Under the pieces are notes generated by a model. That model did no database searches, was not told the origin of the DNA, and saw only the letters and a list, made by a program, of their open reading frames with translations. From the NCBI RefSeq assembly GCF_902713615.1, contig NW_024056010.1:310001-374000 (forward strand): a DNA stretch of 64,000 nt, written 5' to 3'. This document shows, piece after piece, positions 12,732 to 24,185 of this stretch (position 1 is its first letter; each line of letters starts with the position of its first letter). A program made the position numbers and the translations under genes. This DNA comes from Scyliorhinus canicula (taxonomy: Eukaryota).

Positions 12732-15700
12732 CTATAATCCTAAAGAACTATACCTCTCCTCATACACGAGTCCTACGAGCCCAGGAATCAGTCTGGTAAA
12801 CTGTTTCTGTGCTCCCTCTACAGCATGGAAATCTTTGCTCAGATCAGGAGACCAAAACTGCATAGAATATTCCAAATGTTGCCCCCCCCCCCCCCCCCCC
12901 AAAGAACTGTATAATTACAGCAAGTCATCTCTGCTCCTGTACTCGAATCCTCTCGCTGTAAAGGCCAACATAGCATTTGCCTTCTTCAGTGCCTGATCAC
13001 TTGTATGCTTACCTTCAGAGCTTGGTATACGAGAACACCCAGATCTCGTTGCACATGTCTCTCTCTTAATTTATAGCCATTCAGATCATAATCTGCAGTC
13101 CTGTTTTTGCCATCAAATTGGATAGCTTCACGTTTATCAACACTGCACTACATGTGCCCGCATTGTCTACTCACTCAGCTTGTCCAAATCACATTGACGC
13201 ATCTCTGTATCCTTCTCACAGCCTGCCCTCCCACCCAGCTAGGTGTCATCTGCAAGTTTGGAGATATTGAATTTAATTCCCTCGTCAAAACCATGAATAT
13301 TTATTGTAAATATCTGGGCTGCAAGCACCAATCCCGACAGTTCACCAAATGTCACTGTCTACCATTCGGCAAAATTCAATCCTATTCTGTTTCTTGTTTA
13401 CCAAACAGTTTTATATCCATCTCAATATACTAACCCCAAACCGATGCGCTTTAATTTTATAGACTAATATTTTATTTGGCCTTTGTTGAAAACCTTCATA
13501 AAATCTAAACAAAGCACAGGCCCTGACTCTCCCTCAGTAACTGTACTCGCTGCATCCTCAAAGGATTCCAGTAGAATTGTCAAGCACAAATTCCATTTCG
13601 TAAATCCATGCTCACTGTCCGATTCTGCAGTTTTTCAAATCCATTGCTACAAACTCTTCAATACATAGAAACGTACATAGAAAATAGAAGCAGGAGGGGG
13701 CCATTTGGCCCTTCGAGCCAGCTACCCCATTCATTGTGATCATGACTGATCATCAAGTTCAATACCCTGATCCCGCCTTACCCCACATCACTTTGCCCCA
13801 AGAGCTATATCTAATAACATCTTGAAATTACACAACGATTTGGCCTCAACTACCTTCTGCGGTAGTGAATTCCACAGATTCAGCACTCTCTGGGTGATTA
13901 AATGTTTCCTCACCTCAGTCCTCAGAGGTTTATCCCTTATCCTCAAACTATGATCCCTAGTTCTGGACTCGTGCAACATCGGGAACTTTCTTTTACAAAT
14001 CTGCACTGTCAAATATTGTGTAGGTTTCTATGCGATACCCTGTCACTCTTCTAACCTCCATTGAATCTAATCCTAACCGACTTAACTCTCTCCTCGTATG
14101 ACATCGCCATCCCAGCAATGATGTCGGTGAACCTTTGCTGCACTGCTCCATAGCAAGATCATCCTTGCTCAGATAAGGACACCAACACGGCAAACAATAC
14201 TCCAAGTTTGGCCTCACCAAGGCCCTAAAGAATGTCAGTAAATCATCTGTACTCCTGTACTCAAATCCTTTCCCTATGAAGGCCAACGTAGCATTTGCCT
14301 TCTTTACTGCCTCCTGTACCTGCGGGCTTACTTTCAGCGACTGATAATGGGTCTAGAATTTGCATCTCTGCCGATGGCAAGGTGACTGGTCAATAATTCT
14401 CTTTTCTATTTACATCCCTATGTAAGTAATGGTGTTAGATTAGCTATCATCTAACCTGGAAATGGGTGGCACGGTAGCATAGTGGTTAGCACTGCTTTGT
14501 CACAGCGCCAGGATCTCAGGTTCGATTCTTGGCTTTGGTCACTGTCTGGAAGTTCTCATCGTGTTTGCGTGGGTTTCCTCCGGATTCCTTACACAAGTCC
14601 CGAAAGACGTGCTTGTTAGGTGAATTGGAAATTCTGAATTCTCCCTCTGTGTACCGGAACAGGCACTGGAGTGTGGCGACTAGGTGCTTTTCGCAGTAAC
14701 TTAATTGCAGTGTTAATGTAAGCCTACTTGTGACACTAATAAAAGATTTTATGATAATTATTATTTTTTTAAAACTGTTCCAGAGACAATTGTATATTGG
14801 AAGGTGACAACCAATACACCTATCACTTCTAGGGTCACTTCCTTCAACATTCTCGTATATACATTATCAGGTCCGGTGTCTATATGGACCATCAATCCTA
14901 TCAATTGACCTAAAACCATTTATCTACTAATATTAATATTCTTCAGTTCCTCCCTCCCACCAGACCCTGTGTTCCCCAAAATATCTGGTATGTTATTTCT
15001 GTCCCCCGTTGTGAATGCAGAACCAATGTATTCATTTAGTTGGCAGCCAGTCCTTTGTTCCCAATTATAAATCCCTCTGTTTCTGACTATAAGGGGATTA
15101 CATTTATCTTCACCAATCTTTTTCGCGTCACATACCTGTCGAACGTTTTACAGACAGTGTGTATATTCCCTGTAAACTTACTCTCGTCCTCTGTTAAGCG
15201 CTTCTGAATCAAACCGTTGGTTCCCTTTTACGGAATTCTAAACTGCTCCTGTTGTTTTTTCCTGGCCAATTTTTATGCAACTTCCTCAGATCTAATACTG
15301 TCACTGATTCCATTGTACGCCACCGTTTGGTCATCTTTCTCCTTTTAGTTTACGCCAGACAGGAGTGACGAATTGTTGCAACCACCCATACACTCTTAGA
15401 TTATTTGCCATTTCCGATACACCGTCATCCCTTTACGTAATGTTTCCCAATATCTTATAGCTAACTGGCACCTCATACCATCCACGTTTCGTTCATTAAA
15501 GTTCAGGACCCTATTCTCAAACTCAACTACGTCACTCTCCATCCAGATTCAAAATTCTATCATTTTATGGTCGCGCATCCCCACGGCGTCTCGCACAACT
15601 GTATTTCAAATTATTCCTTTCACGTTACACAACATCCATTTTGGAATTATCTCCTCTCCCGTTGGTGGTTCAACGTTTTGGTTCAGAAAACCATTCCGGA

Positions 15701-17100
15701 TATACTCCAGGAATTCCTCCTCTACAGTACGATTGTCCTTTTTGATCCTGTTCGTAGATTTCTTTGCCTGTCACTTTTCTTATTCCCCTGACTGTCGTTA
15801 GTTCGTGTTCCTGATTCCCCCTTCTCTAACTACTTGCATATATTCCCACACCCTTGTCATTTTCGATTCAGCCCTCCCCAACCACTCAGAAAATGCTCCC
15901 CCAAGGACAGTTTGTCTTGGTCCCACCTCCTGTTCCAGCTCCGAAGTCCACAACATCTTAAACCTTCCCACTCGCGCCATATCATCAGCCATTCATTCAT
16001 CCTATATATCCTGATATTTCGACGGTGACAAGCATATGGCACTAGTATTGATCCTGAGCTCACCATCTTTCAAATGCTAGTTCTCAACTTTTTACGTAAC
16101 CACCTATATTTTGATTTTTAGGCCCTCATCCGTTTTTGTACCTGTGTGGTTTGTGTCAATATGTACCATGATCACTAGCTGTTGATCCACAATGTTCTGT
16201 AAATGCTCCAAGACATTGTTGACCCGAGCACCAGGGAGGCAATACCTTGCTGAATTCGCGCGTTTGCGGCCACAGAAATGCCTACCTATTGCCTTCCCTT
16301 GAAAGGCAGAATCGCCGATAGCTATTGCACTTCCACACTTCTACCTGCTCCTCTATGCAGCGGAGCCAACTGACGAGTAACGGATTTGGCTTTTGCCATG
16401 TTACCACAGAGGTAATTCTCCTCAACAGTATCTAAAGTGGTATCTCAGTTTTTCAGTGGAATGGCCACAGAATGAACTACCTGTCTAGTCCCTTTGCTCT
16501 TTATGTTGGTTACCCATTCCGTTCCTGCCCCTGGAGTGTGTGCTTGCGGTGTGACGACCTCTCTATTGGTGCTATCCACTTCACTCTCCGCCTTAAGGAT
16601 GCACACCACAGTGTCCCCAGCCGCCTCTTGGTCTCCGAATGCAGATTTCCAGGAGGTGAAGCTGGACGCAATTCCTGCGAGCCCCTGGCAATGGAAATGT
16701 TCCCAGCTTCCCACGTGGAACACAAGGAGAAAAGCCACGCCTTTGTTTTTTTCTGCTGCGACTTTTAAATTAAACCTTTCGTGGATGCTTGATGTCAGAC
16801 AATATCCATTATTCTCGGGCACTTCTCTACTGGTCCACGTTGCTATAGACTATTTCCCTTATAAACTATAAACCACAAAAAGTCCTTATAAACTATAAGT
16901 GATAAAAACAGTAAATATTTACCCGACGTTACCCACTACTTACCAAACTGCTCTCCCTTTTGCCTTTATTGCTGCAGCAGGGTAAGGCCACTCTCTGAAT
17001 ATTTTTAAAAAATTAGAAAGCAAACACAAAATATGAAAAAGGCAGCACTTTCCTCTCTGCATCGAATTGTGCTCCTAATTCCCGATACCCACACTCACTC
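12732..17100 (-). mobile_element. Fragmented, degenerate CR1 LINE sequence filling the Cmu3-Cmu4 intron
   Basis: ORF2 remnants (13788-14012, 13993-14286 RPNLEYC) and CR1 ORF1-like N-terminal remnants (16445-16822, 16510-16725); interrupted by a SINE; may be more than one copy. Confidence 0.7.
14464..14765 (+). mobile_element. tRNA-derived SINE
   Basis: gggtggcacggtagcatagtggttagc head; gcctacttgtgacactaataaa tail with att repeats. Confidence 0.8.
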
Positions 17101-17416
17101 TGGCTGTGTCACGTACTGAAATAGAACTGAAGTAAGATGAGATGACTCATGCGCCAGTTAAACATCAATAGCAATCATGGTCAAATTAGTCCCTCGTTAG
17201 GATTCATGTGACTGGCAGATAATTGTCACCAACTCTCAGTTTACAGAGAGACGGACTGCGCCCGCCCATACACCGGGATGGATAACAGGACAAACAAGAA
17301 AGAGGGATAGGAAAACATGTTAAATTGAGGGCAATGCACATTCGTCTCACACCGAGCCACCTGCGCCAATGTCTCTGGAATTCTATTTTTTAACATTTGT
17401 TGTACATTTTCTGCAG

Positions 17417-17808
17417 ATCCCAATCCGCGGGAACCGTCCGTCTCTGTCCTCCTGCCCTCGGCTGGAAGCGTCTCCGCTCAGAGATTCGTCTCCCTCAGCT
17501 GCTTAGTGAGAGGTTTCTCCCCCCGAGAGATCTTCGTCAAGTGGACCGTCAATGACAAGCCGGTGAATCCCGGGAACTACAAGAACACCGAGGTGATGGC
17601 GGAGAACGGCAATAGCTCCTTCTTCATGTACAGCCTGTTATCCATTGCAGCGGAGGAGTGGGTCAGCGGCGCTTCTTACTCCTGTGTGGTGGGACATGAA
17701 GCCATCCCCTTGAAGATCATCAACAGAACGGTTGATAAATCCAGCGGTAAACCCAGTTTTGTGAACATTTCCCTCGCTCTGATGGACACCGTTAATTCAT
17801 GTCACTGA
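17417..17808 (+). CDS. IGHM: IgM exon Cmu4 plus secretory tailpiece
   Basis: Acceptor ttttctgcag ending 17416; [40 protein letters not shown]; tail [20 protein letters not shown] with N-glycan sequon and penultimate Cys; internal donor AGCG/GTAAAC at 17746/17747 for the membrane form. Confidence 0.96.
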
Positions 17809-17836
17809 GAACCAATCAGACACATTTCGGTTCTTA

Positions 17837-17852
17837 AATAAAATACAATAAA
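17837..17852 (+). terminator. Secretory-form polyadenylation signals (two AATAAA)
   Basis: AATAAA at 17837-17842 and 17847-17852, about 30 nt after the TGA. Confidence 0.8.
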
Positions 17853-18628
17853 GGCCTTTCATTCAAAACTTAGCTATATGCACAATCGCTCACTTAATCC
17901 TGTGTAAATATGTCACGGAAATAATTATCTGCCTGGAGTCGTAAATTCTACCTTCCTCTGGCACAAGTCTTACATCCACCGCTCGCAGTTCAGATGCACC
18001 AGAGACTAGAGATGTATTGGAGTTCATTCATTACATGATTCCACAGAGTATTTTCTGTAACATGCCTCCTGCTGAATTCGGATAGTTTTCTATTCCTCAG
18101 AAACAGCTGCAGCAAATTGAAATATCGGTGTCCCTGGTTCGTTCATTATCTATCACTCAGAATTGGGGTCAGTTGTCAGTTTAGCATCGTGCGCCTAATG
18201 GGAATGGAGTGACGGCCATATAGGAACACGTTCTGCTGCTCATCAAAGAAAGTAGAAAGGTTAATTTGTTAACCCTCTACTCCAAACTGGAGAGGATAAT
18301 TGATGATTGTTAACACGCTTTAACCTCGAATCCCAACCCAGGCAGCAGAGAGAGCGCAAGGATGAATTGAAAAATGAAAACCGCTTGTTATCACAAGTAG
18401 GCTTCAAATGAAGTTACTGTGAAAAACCCCTAGTCGCCACATTCTGGCGCCTGTTTGGGGAGGCTGTTACGGGAGCCCAGTACTCTTACCTGTGTACTGT
18501 GTACCCCTTGATAGGGGTGGGGGGCGTTGACAGAAATTATTAACCCATTGTAATCACATTTCTCCATCAGAGTAACAAAAAAGGACAAATGTTGGCACAT
18601 TGTTTTTTGAATTCCCTCCGAAGGAGTT

Positions 18629-18830
18629 TAAAAAAAATACATTTAGAGTACCCAATTATTTTTTCCAATTAAGAGTAGCCAATCTACCTATCCTGCACAT
18701 CTTTTGGGTTGTGGGGGTGAAACCAACGCAGATACGGGGAGAATGTGCCAATTCCACACGGACAGTGACTCGAACCCGGGTCCTTAGGGTTGTAGGCAGC
18801 AATGCTAACCACTGCGCCACCGTGCTGCCC
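18629..18830 (-). mobile_element. HE1-like SINE with 16-bp TSD
   Basis: Flanked by tccYtccgaaggagtt at 18613-18628 and 18831-18846. Confidence 0.85.
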
Positions 18831-19172
18831 TCCTTCCGAAGGAGTTAATCAATTAACTTGCATTCTGCACCAGAAGGAGGGGAAAGGCCAATTATTACTG
18901 AAGAAGGCAAACACTCCCTCGTTACATAATCGGCTTCTAGCTCACTGTGCGGCTGACGATCCCAACCTTTCCACTTTTTTTGGAGATATGTTCATATTTA
19001 AACATTCTGGTAATTTTAAAAAACTTATATAACAGATAATCATATTCAACCGGTTGAACTCCAATAGTCTATCCTCCAGGGCGCTTTCACAGTTCTGTGA
19101 TTTATATTTCCAAAGGTAGTCCCGTGATTATTTTGGGATATTTCAGCAGATGTCATATTGCATCTCTCAAAT

Positions 19173-19322
19173 AGTAAGAAGTCTTACAACACCAGGTTAA
19201 AGTCTGAGGAAGGAGCTGCACTCCGAAAGCTCGTGTTTGAATCAAACCTGTTGGACCTTAACCTGGTGTTGTAAGACTTCTTACTGTGCTCACCCCAGTC
19301 CAACGCCGGCATTTCCACATCA
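19173..19322 (+). mobile_element. Penelope-like terminal repeat fragment with hammerhead core
   Basis: 32-nt inverted arms 19173-19204 and 19254-19285 (1 mismatch); CTGAGGA-A-GGAG..CTCC-GAAAGCTC core; same repeat at 46497-46598 and 49914-50040. Confidence 0.7.
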
Positions 19323-19767
19323 TCTCTCTAGTAACATGCTTTTGCACAGAGCTGTGAATACTATTCCCTATCATGCACGCCACCAGAACCAGGCATAGCT
19401 GTTGGTGAAACTTGTAGCAAAAATCAAAAATACCCACATGCAAACACACGCACAAACACAACCGCAGATAATATGCCATCACAAGCATGCACGCAAGCAG
19501 GGACCCACAGGTAAACATTAACAAATGCACTTGCAAACTCTAACAAACACAATAATGTAGACATGACGACAAATATTATCTTGGAAATGAACACATATAT
19601 GTGGACACAGATGCATGAACACTAACAGGCACATACAGCGACACGCATTTCATAGATAAACTAACATTAACAAATTCACAGTGACACACATAGGCGCAGA
19701 TGTTAACAGACATGCATAAGGTCACAAATATATACGGCAAAAACAGACATTACCACATAAGTCCAAG

Positions 19768-20008
19768 AACATAGAACATAGAACATTACAGCGCAGTACA
19801 GGCCCTTCGGCCCACGATGTTGCACCGTCCTGTGAAACCCTTCTAAAGTCCATCTACACTATTCCCTTATCGTCCATATGCCTATCCAATGACCATTTGA
19901 ATGTGTTTAGTGTTGGCAAGTCTACTACTGTTGCAGGCAGGGCATTCCACGCCCTTACGACTCTCCGAGTAAAGAACCTACCTCTGACATCTGTCCTATA
20001 TCTGTCTC
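19768..20008 (-). mobile_element. CR1 LINE 3' tail
   Basis: agaacatagaacatagaacattacag tail, highly similar to 5845-6070. Confidence 0.8.
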
Positions 20009-20854
20009 AATAATAATAATCACTTATTGTCGCAGGTAGGCTTCAATAAAGTTCCTATGAGAAACCCCTCATCGCCACTTTCTGGCGCCAGTTCGGGGAG
20101 GCTTGCACGGGAATTGAACCCTGCTTGTTCTGCATTCCAAGTCAGCTATTTAGCTCACTGTGCTAAATCAGTTAATAATAAGAGGCGGCACAAATTGCCA
20201 CAGTGGTTAGCATTGCTGCCTCACAGCGCCAGGGCTATGGCCTTGCATGACTATCTGAGTGGAGTTTGCACATTCTCCCCTTGTGTGTGTGAGTTTCCTC
20301 CGGGTTCTCCGGTTTCCTCCCACAGCCCATAGATGCGCTGATTGGGTGGGTTGACCATGCTTACTTTGCCCATTAGTGTCCAAAGATGTGCAGATTAGGC
20401 AGGGTTACAGGAATAGGGCAGGTTAATCGGGTTAGGTCGGGTGGTCTTTCGAATGGTTGGTGCAGAATCGATGGACCGAATGGCCTCCTTCTGCCCTTTA
20501 GGGGTTCTATGAATAAACAATTTAACAGGATCATAGTCAAAAATATTAACATACCCACAAATGGAAGGTCGAATGCATGCAAAAAGTCGTATATTGCACA
20601 TCCAGACACTTAAACAGAGATAAATGCAAAGATCAATTTATAAACATACATATCAGCACAGCAACACATTAACGAGAAACACATATTCAGATCATGCATG
20701 TTCATTGATATGCTACCACAATGCACACACACAGATGCAGACGTAGATGCATTAATATATCCATCAATCCTCATTAGAATGTTTCCGACACTAATTAGAA
20801 CTCATACAAACACAAGGGCAGAATAATTCAAATGAAACGATACTGATGCATATT

Positions 20855-20929
20855 AGAGCGACAGAGAGATAGCGAGGGAGAGAGGGAGAGATAGAGAGTG
20901 AGGGAGAGAGAGAGAGAGAGAGAAAGACG
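20855..20929. repeat. (GA)n-rich microsatellite
   Basis: Visible imperfect GA run. Confidence 0.85.
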
Positions 20930-21467
20930 AAATCAGAATTCTGACGGACATTTTTTACAGCAACATTCGACTGTTTCGACAGCAATTGTCGTTAAATGAC
21001 ATGCACAAAAGCCAGATAACAGATTACAACTGATTTTATTTAATGATATACCAACCATTTCCATCACACACAAAAACATGTGTGAAACTCTGTTCGAATA
21101 GCTCTATTCACTGTCTTGTCTGAAGTAATTATCTGAAACTATCATTACGGTGACCATTATCAATGTGTAAATCTTCTTCTGGGTCTCACCATAATATTCC
21201 CTGATGATAGACCATTTAAAAATTGATTCGCAATTAAGTTGCATCTGAAGGTGAAGAAAAAATACAACATTTTCAAACACAGATGTATCATTGTTTGCTG
21301 TTACTGCTTGCTTTGTGAGCTAGAACCTGTCGATGTTGCAACATGCAAGGCACAGGATGTTCCCATGCGTGCTACATTTGATCGAACCAGCAACAAGAGC
21401 GTGACTCATTGCAGCGTTTTGATAGGTCACCCAGATCAGGTCAAGGGTTAGTGAAGATCCGTGCAAG

Positions 21468-21800
21468 GGAGGCAGTGGCGTTGTGGTATTGTCACTGGAC
21501 TAGCAATCCAGAGACCCAGGGTAATGCGCTGGGGACATGAGTTGGAATGCCACCAGGGCAGATGGTGGAATATGAATTGAATAATAATCTGAAAGTAAAA
21601 TCCTAATAACGACCATGAAGCAATGGTCGATTGTTGCAAATACCCCATCTGGTTCGCTATTGTCCTTTAGGGAAGGAAATCTCTCATCCTTACGCGGTCT
21701 ACATATGACTCCAGACACACTGCAATGTAGTTGACTCTTAAATTCCCTCGGAGATCGGTAACAAATGCTGACCCAGCTGCATCCCACGAACGAATCCAGA
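21468..21800 (+). mobile_element. tRNA-derived SINE with LINE-shared 3' tail
   Basis: ggcagtggcgttgtggtattgtcactggactag head; tail aaatgctgacccagc..catcccac resembles the LINE tail near 11000. Confidence 0.65.
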
Positions 21801-22129
21801 AAATCTGCAACAGGATAATAGGTTCCATGCACATAAACTGCTGCTGTCAATCACGAGAAGCTGAGTTGACAGGCTCAAAAACAGGAAGGCAGAACCACAG
21901 GCAAGTGAACTTAATATATGTTAGAGCATGGGCATAATCTGCACATTTTTGGATTGTAAGTAGGAATATAAATTGTGAGTAGGATATACAGAGGAGACTG
22001 GTGACTAAGATATTTTCAGTAACTGTCGTCACAACCAGATAATATAATGAGAATTGGGAAATTGTCAAATATTTGAGGAACAAATTTAAAATAAGCACAT
22101 TAGCGAATGTGTGGGAGATTGCAGAGCAC

Positions 22130-22950
22130 TGCGATTTAGAGAGGACTATATTTCCTCAAGTGTGAAATGAAAACGGTTAGTATGCAGGGCCAGCGAGTAA
22201 TCGGGAAAAAAAGAATCTAATTTTATCATGTGGGTAATTGAATACAAAAGTAGCGATGCACCGCATCAGTTACACAGAGAGTATACTAGATCACACCTGG
22301 AGTCATTGCGCACAATCCTTTGTATAAAGTCGGGATATATCCTTTCCTAGAATCAGTTCATGGTCACAATCTGACTTTTAATTCCATTTTTTTATTCTAC
22401 TCAAATTTCACCACCTGTCATGATGAGATTTGAACCCAGGACCACAGCTCATTCTCCTGCTTTGCTGAATTACTAGCGCAGCGGCAGTATGATTACGCCA
22501 CTCCCCACTCCTTGCTGAAGGAAGGATGTAATTTCGCTAGAAGCAATGTTTGCCAGAGACTACCATGAATACCACCGGTTGTTTTATGATCAAAGTTTAT
22601 ATACGCTAATGTTATATGCACTGGAGATTAAAAGCATAAGAAACAAGTTGATTGAAACATATATAATGCTGAGGTGTCTTGACATAGTCTCTGTGGAAAG
22701 GATGTTTGCTCTGCTGGGACAATCGGGAACGAGAGGTCACTGTTCAGATATAAGAGGTCGCCAATTTCAGGTAGAGTTGAGGGGAATTGTTTTGTCTCTC
22801 AGAAAGTCGTGAGTCTTTGGTCCTCACTGCCTCAAAAGCCGATAGAAACTTTGAATGTATTTGATAGAAAGATAGATAGATTCTTCAGAAGCAAGGAGTG
22901 ATAGGTTTATTGGGTTCGGCAGGAATGTGGGGGTGAGGATACAGTCAGAT
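22130..22950 (+). mobile_element. Degenerate CR1 3' fragments
   Basis: ORF 22546-22812 C-terminus (MFALLGQSGTRGH) resembles the CR1 ORF2 end. Confidence 0.55.
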
Positions 22951-23925
22951 CGACCGTGATCTCATTGCGTAGTCGAGCAGGCGGTCGGGGTTGACGGACC
23001 TCCGCCAGTTCTCAGGATGCATAGTTCGGGAGAAGACCTGGAGAGCAGGAAAGGCAGCAGATGTGTGGTGGCTTCCTGATGCGCTTCGAGAAGCCAACGG
23101 TGACCCTTTGGAAACATGGCGATCTTCTATATCTGGCTGAGAGTTGGTGCTGGAGTTTAGCCTCAGGAATCCATGGGAACGTTGTCGCAAGAAGCGCGAT
23201 TGAAAACCTGGCAGGTGAGAAGTCGTGGAAGCAGTCCGGGGGATTTACACAGTAACTTCATTGCAGTGTTAATGCGAGCCTACGTGTGCCAATAATAAAG
23301 ATTAGTATTATTAGAAGGAGCTATTTTTAAAGGCAATTCAGAGGTTCGATATTTGGAAAGGAATGCTCGAGTTCCCTCTTGAGGGGAGATAGTTTGAACC
23401 AGTATCGTGTAACACATAATTGATAAGGACGCCTGGCTGTGTTGTGTCGGGGTCTGTGGAATCTATGTTCGTCACATCGACCATGCATTGTGCAATTTTG
23501 TGTGTTCGACTGCAGATTACCTGTTAATTCAAATGTGCCACGTGTTGATTCTGAATGTTTTTGATTAAGATAGGTATTGCAAATAACCACACTTCTTTGG
23601 CTTTGTAGAGTGATGTTTAATTTGTTTGTGCAAAGACTGTATGGCTTGGAGTGTACATTGGATATTAAACTTTGCAAACATAAAACCGAATCATACCAAA
23701 AACCTGGTGGTCTGATCTAGGATCATAACAGAACATATTTATGGAATACAGCGGTGGTATTAAGTATTAGATATGTATTGATAAGAGAGATTAACTTAGC
23801 ATGTTGACCCCGGTTGAAAGTTTAATTATAGAACAAATTGCACTTTAAGGAAAGTAAAAGAGGAAGTAGAACATAATTAGGATTTTAACCGACTGAAATA
23901 CGTTTCAACTTTCCCATCTCCGTAG

Positions 23926-24053
23926 ACATTAGAGGCCACATCTGGATTGAAGACGATGGGGATGATAATGGTAATATCGGGACAACCGCTTCCACATTTA
24001 TCACTCTGTTTGTCTTCAGCATATTCTATAGCACTGCAGTGACTCTGGTGAAG
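23926..24053 (+). CDS. IGHM: IgM transmembrane exon TM1
   Basis: Acceptor ttcccatctccgtag ending 23925, donor gtgaga 24054; phase 1 matches the 17746 donor; DIRGHIWIEDDGDDNGNIGTTASTFITLFVFSIFYSTAVTLVK with TASTF and FYS motifs; not in the ORF track. Confidence 0.92.
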
Positions 24054-24176
24054 GTGAGAAGATTCAATCCATTCACTCTACCATCTCTCCACATTTCTAC
24101 AAGTTTAATTTAAAAAGAAATTGATAACTGCAACGGATCACTAAATATTTGTTTCATTCTTTTATCTCTCGTACAG

Positions 24177-24185
24177 ATCGAGTGA
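24177..24185 (+). CDS. IGHM: IgM TM2 exon coding part (IE*)
   Basis: Strong pyrimidine tract and cag ending 24176, 123-nt intron, ATC GAG TGA, AATAAA at 24248-24253. Confidence 0.8.
   Translation: ME

Noticed and set aside
17461-17472. Cmu4 SAGSVS versus a remembered SAEDVS, possibly compensating indels
   Set aside because: The frame is intact and the comparison rests on memory of other species
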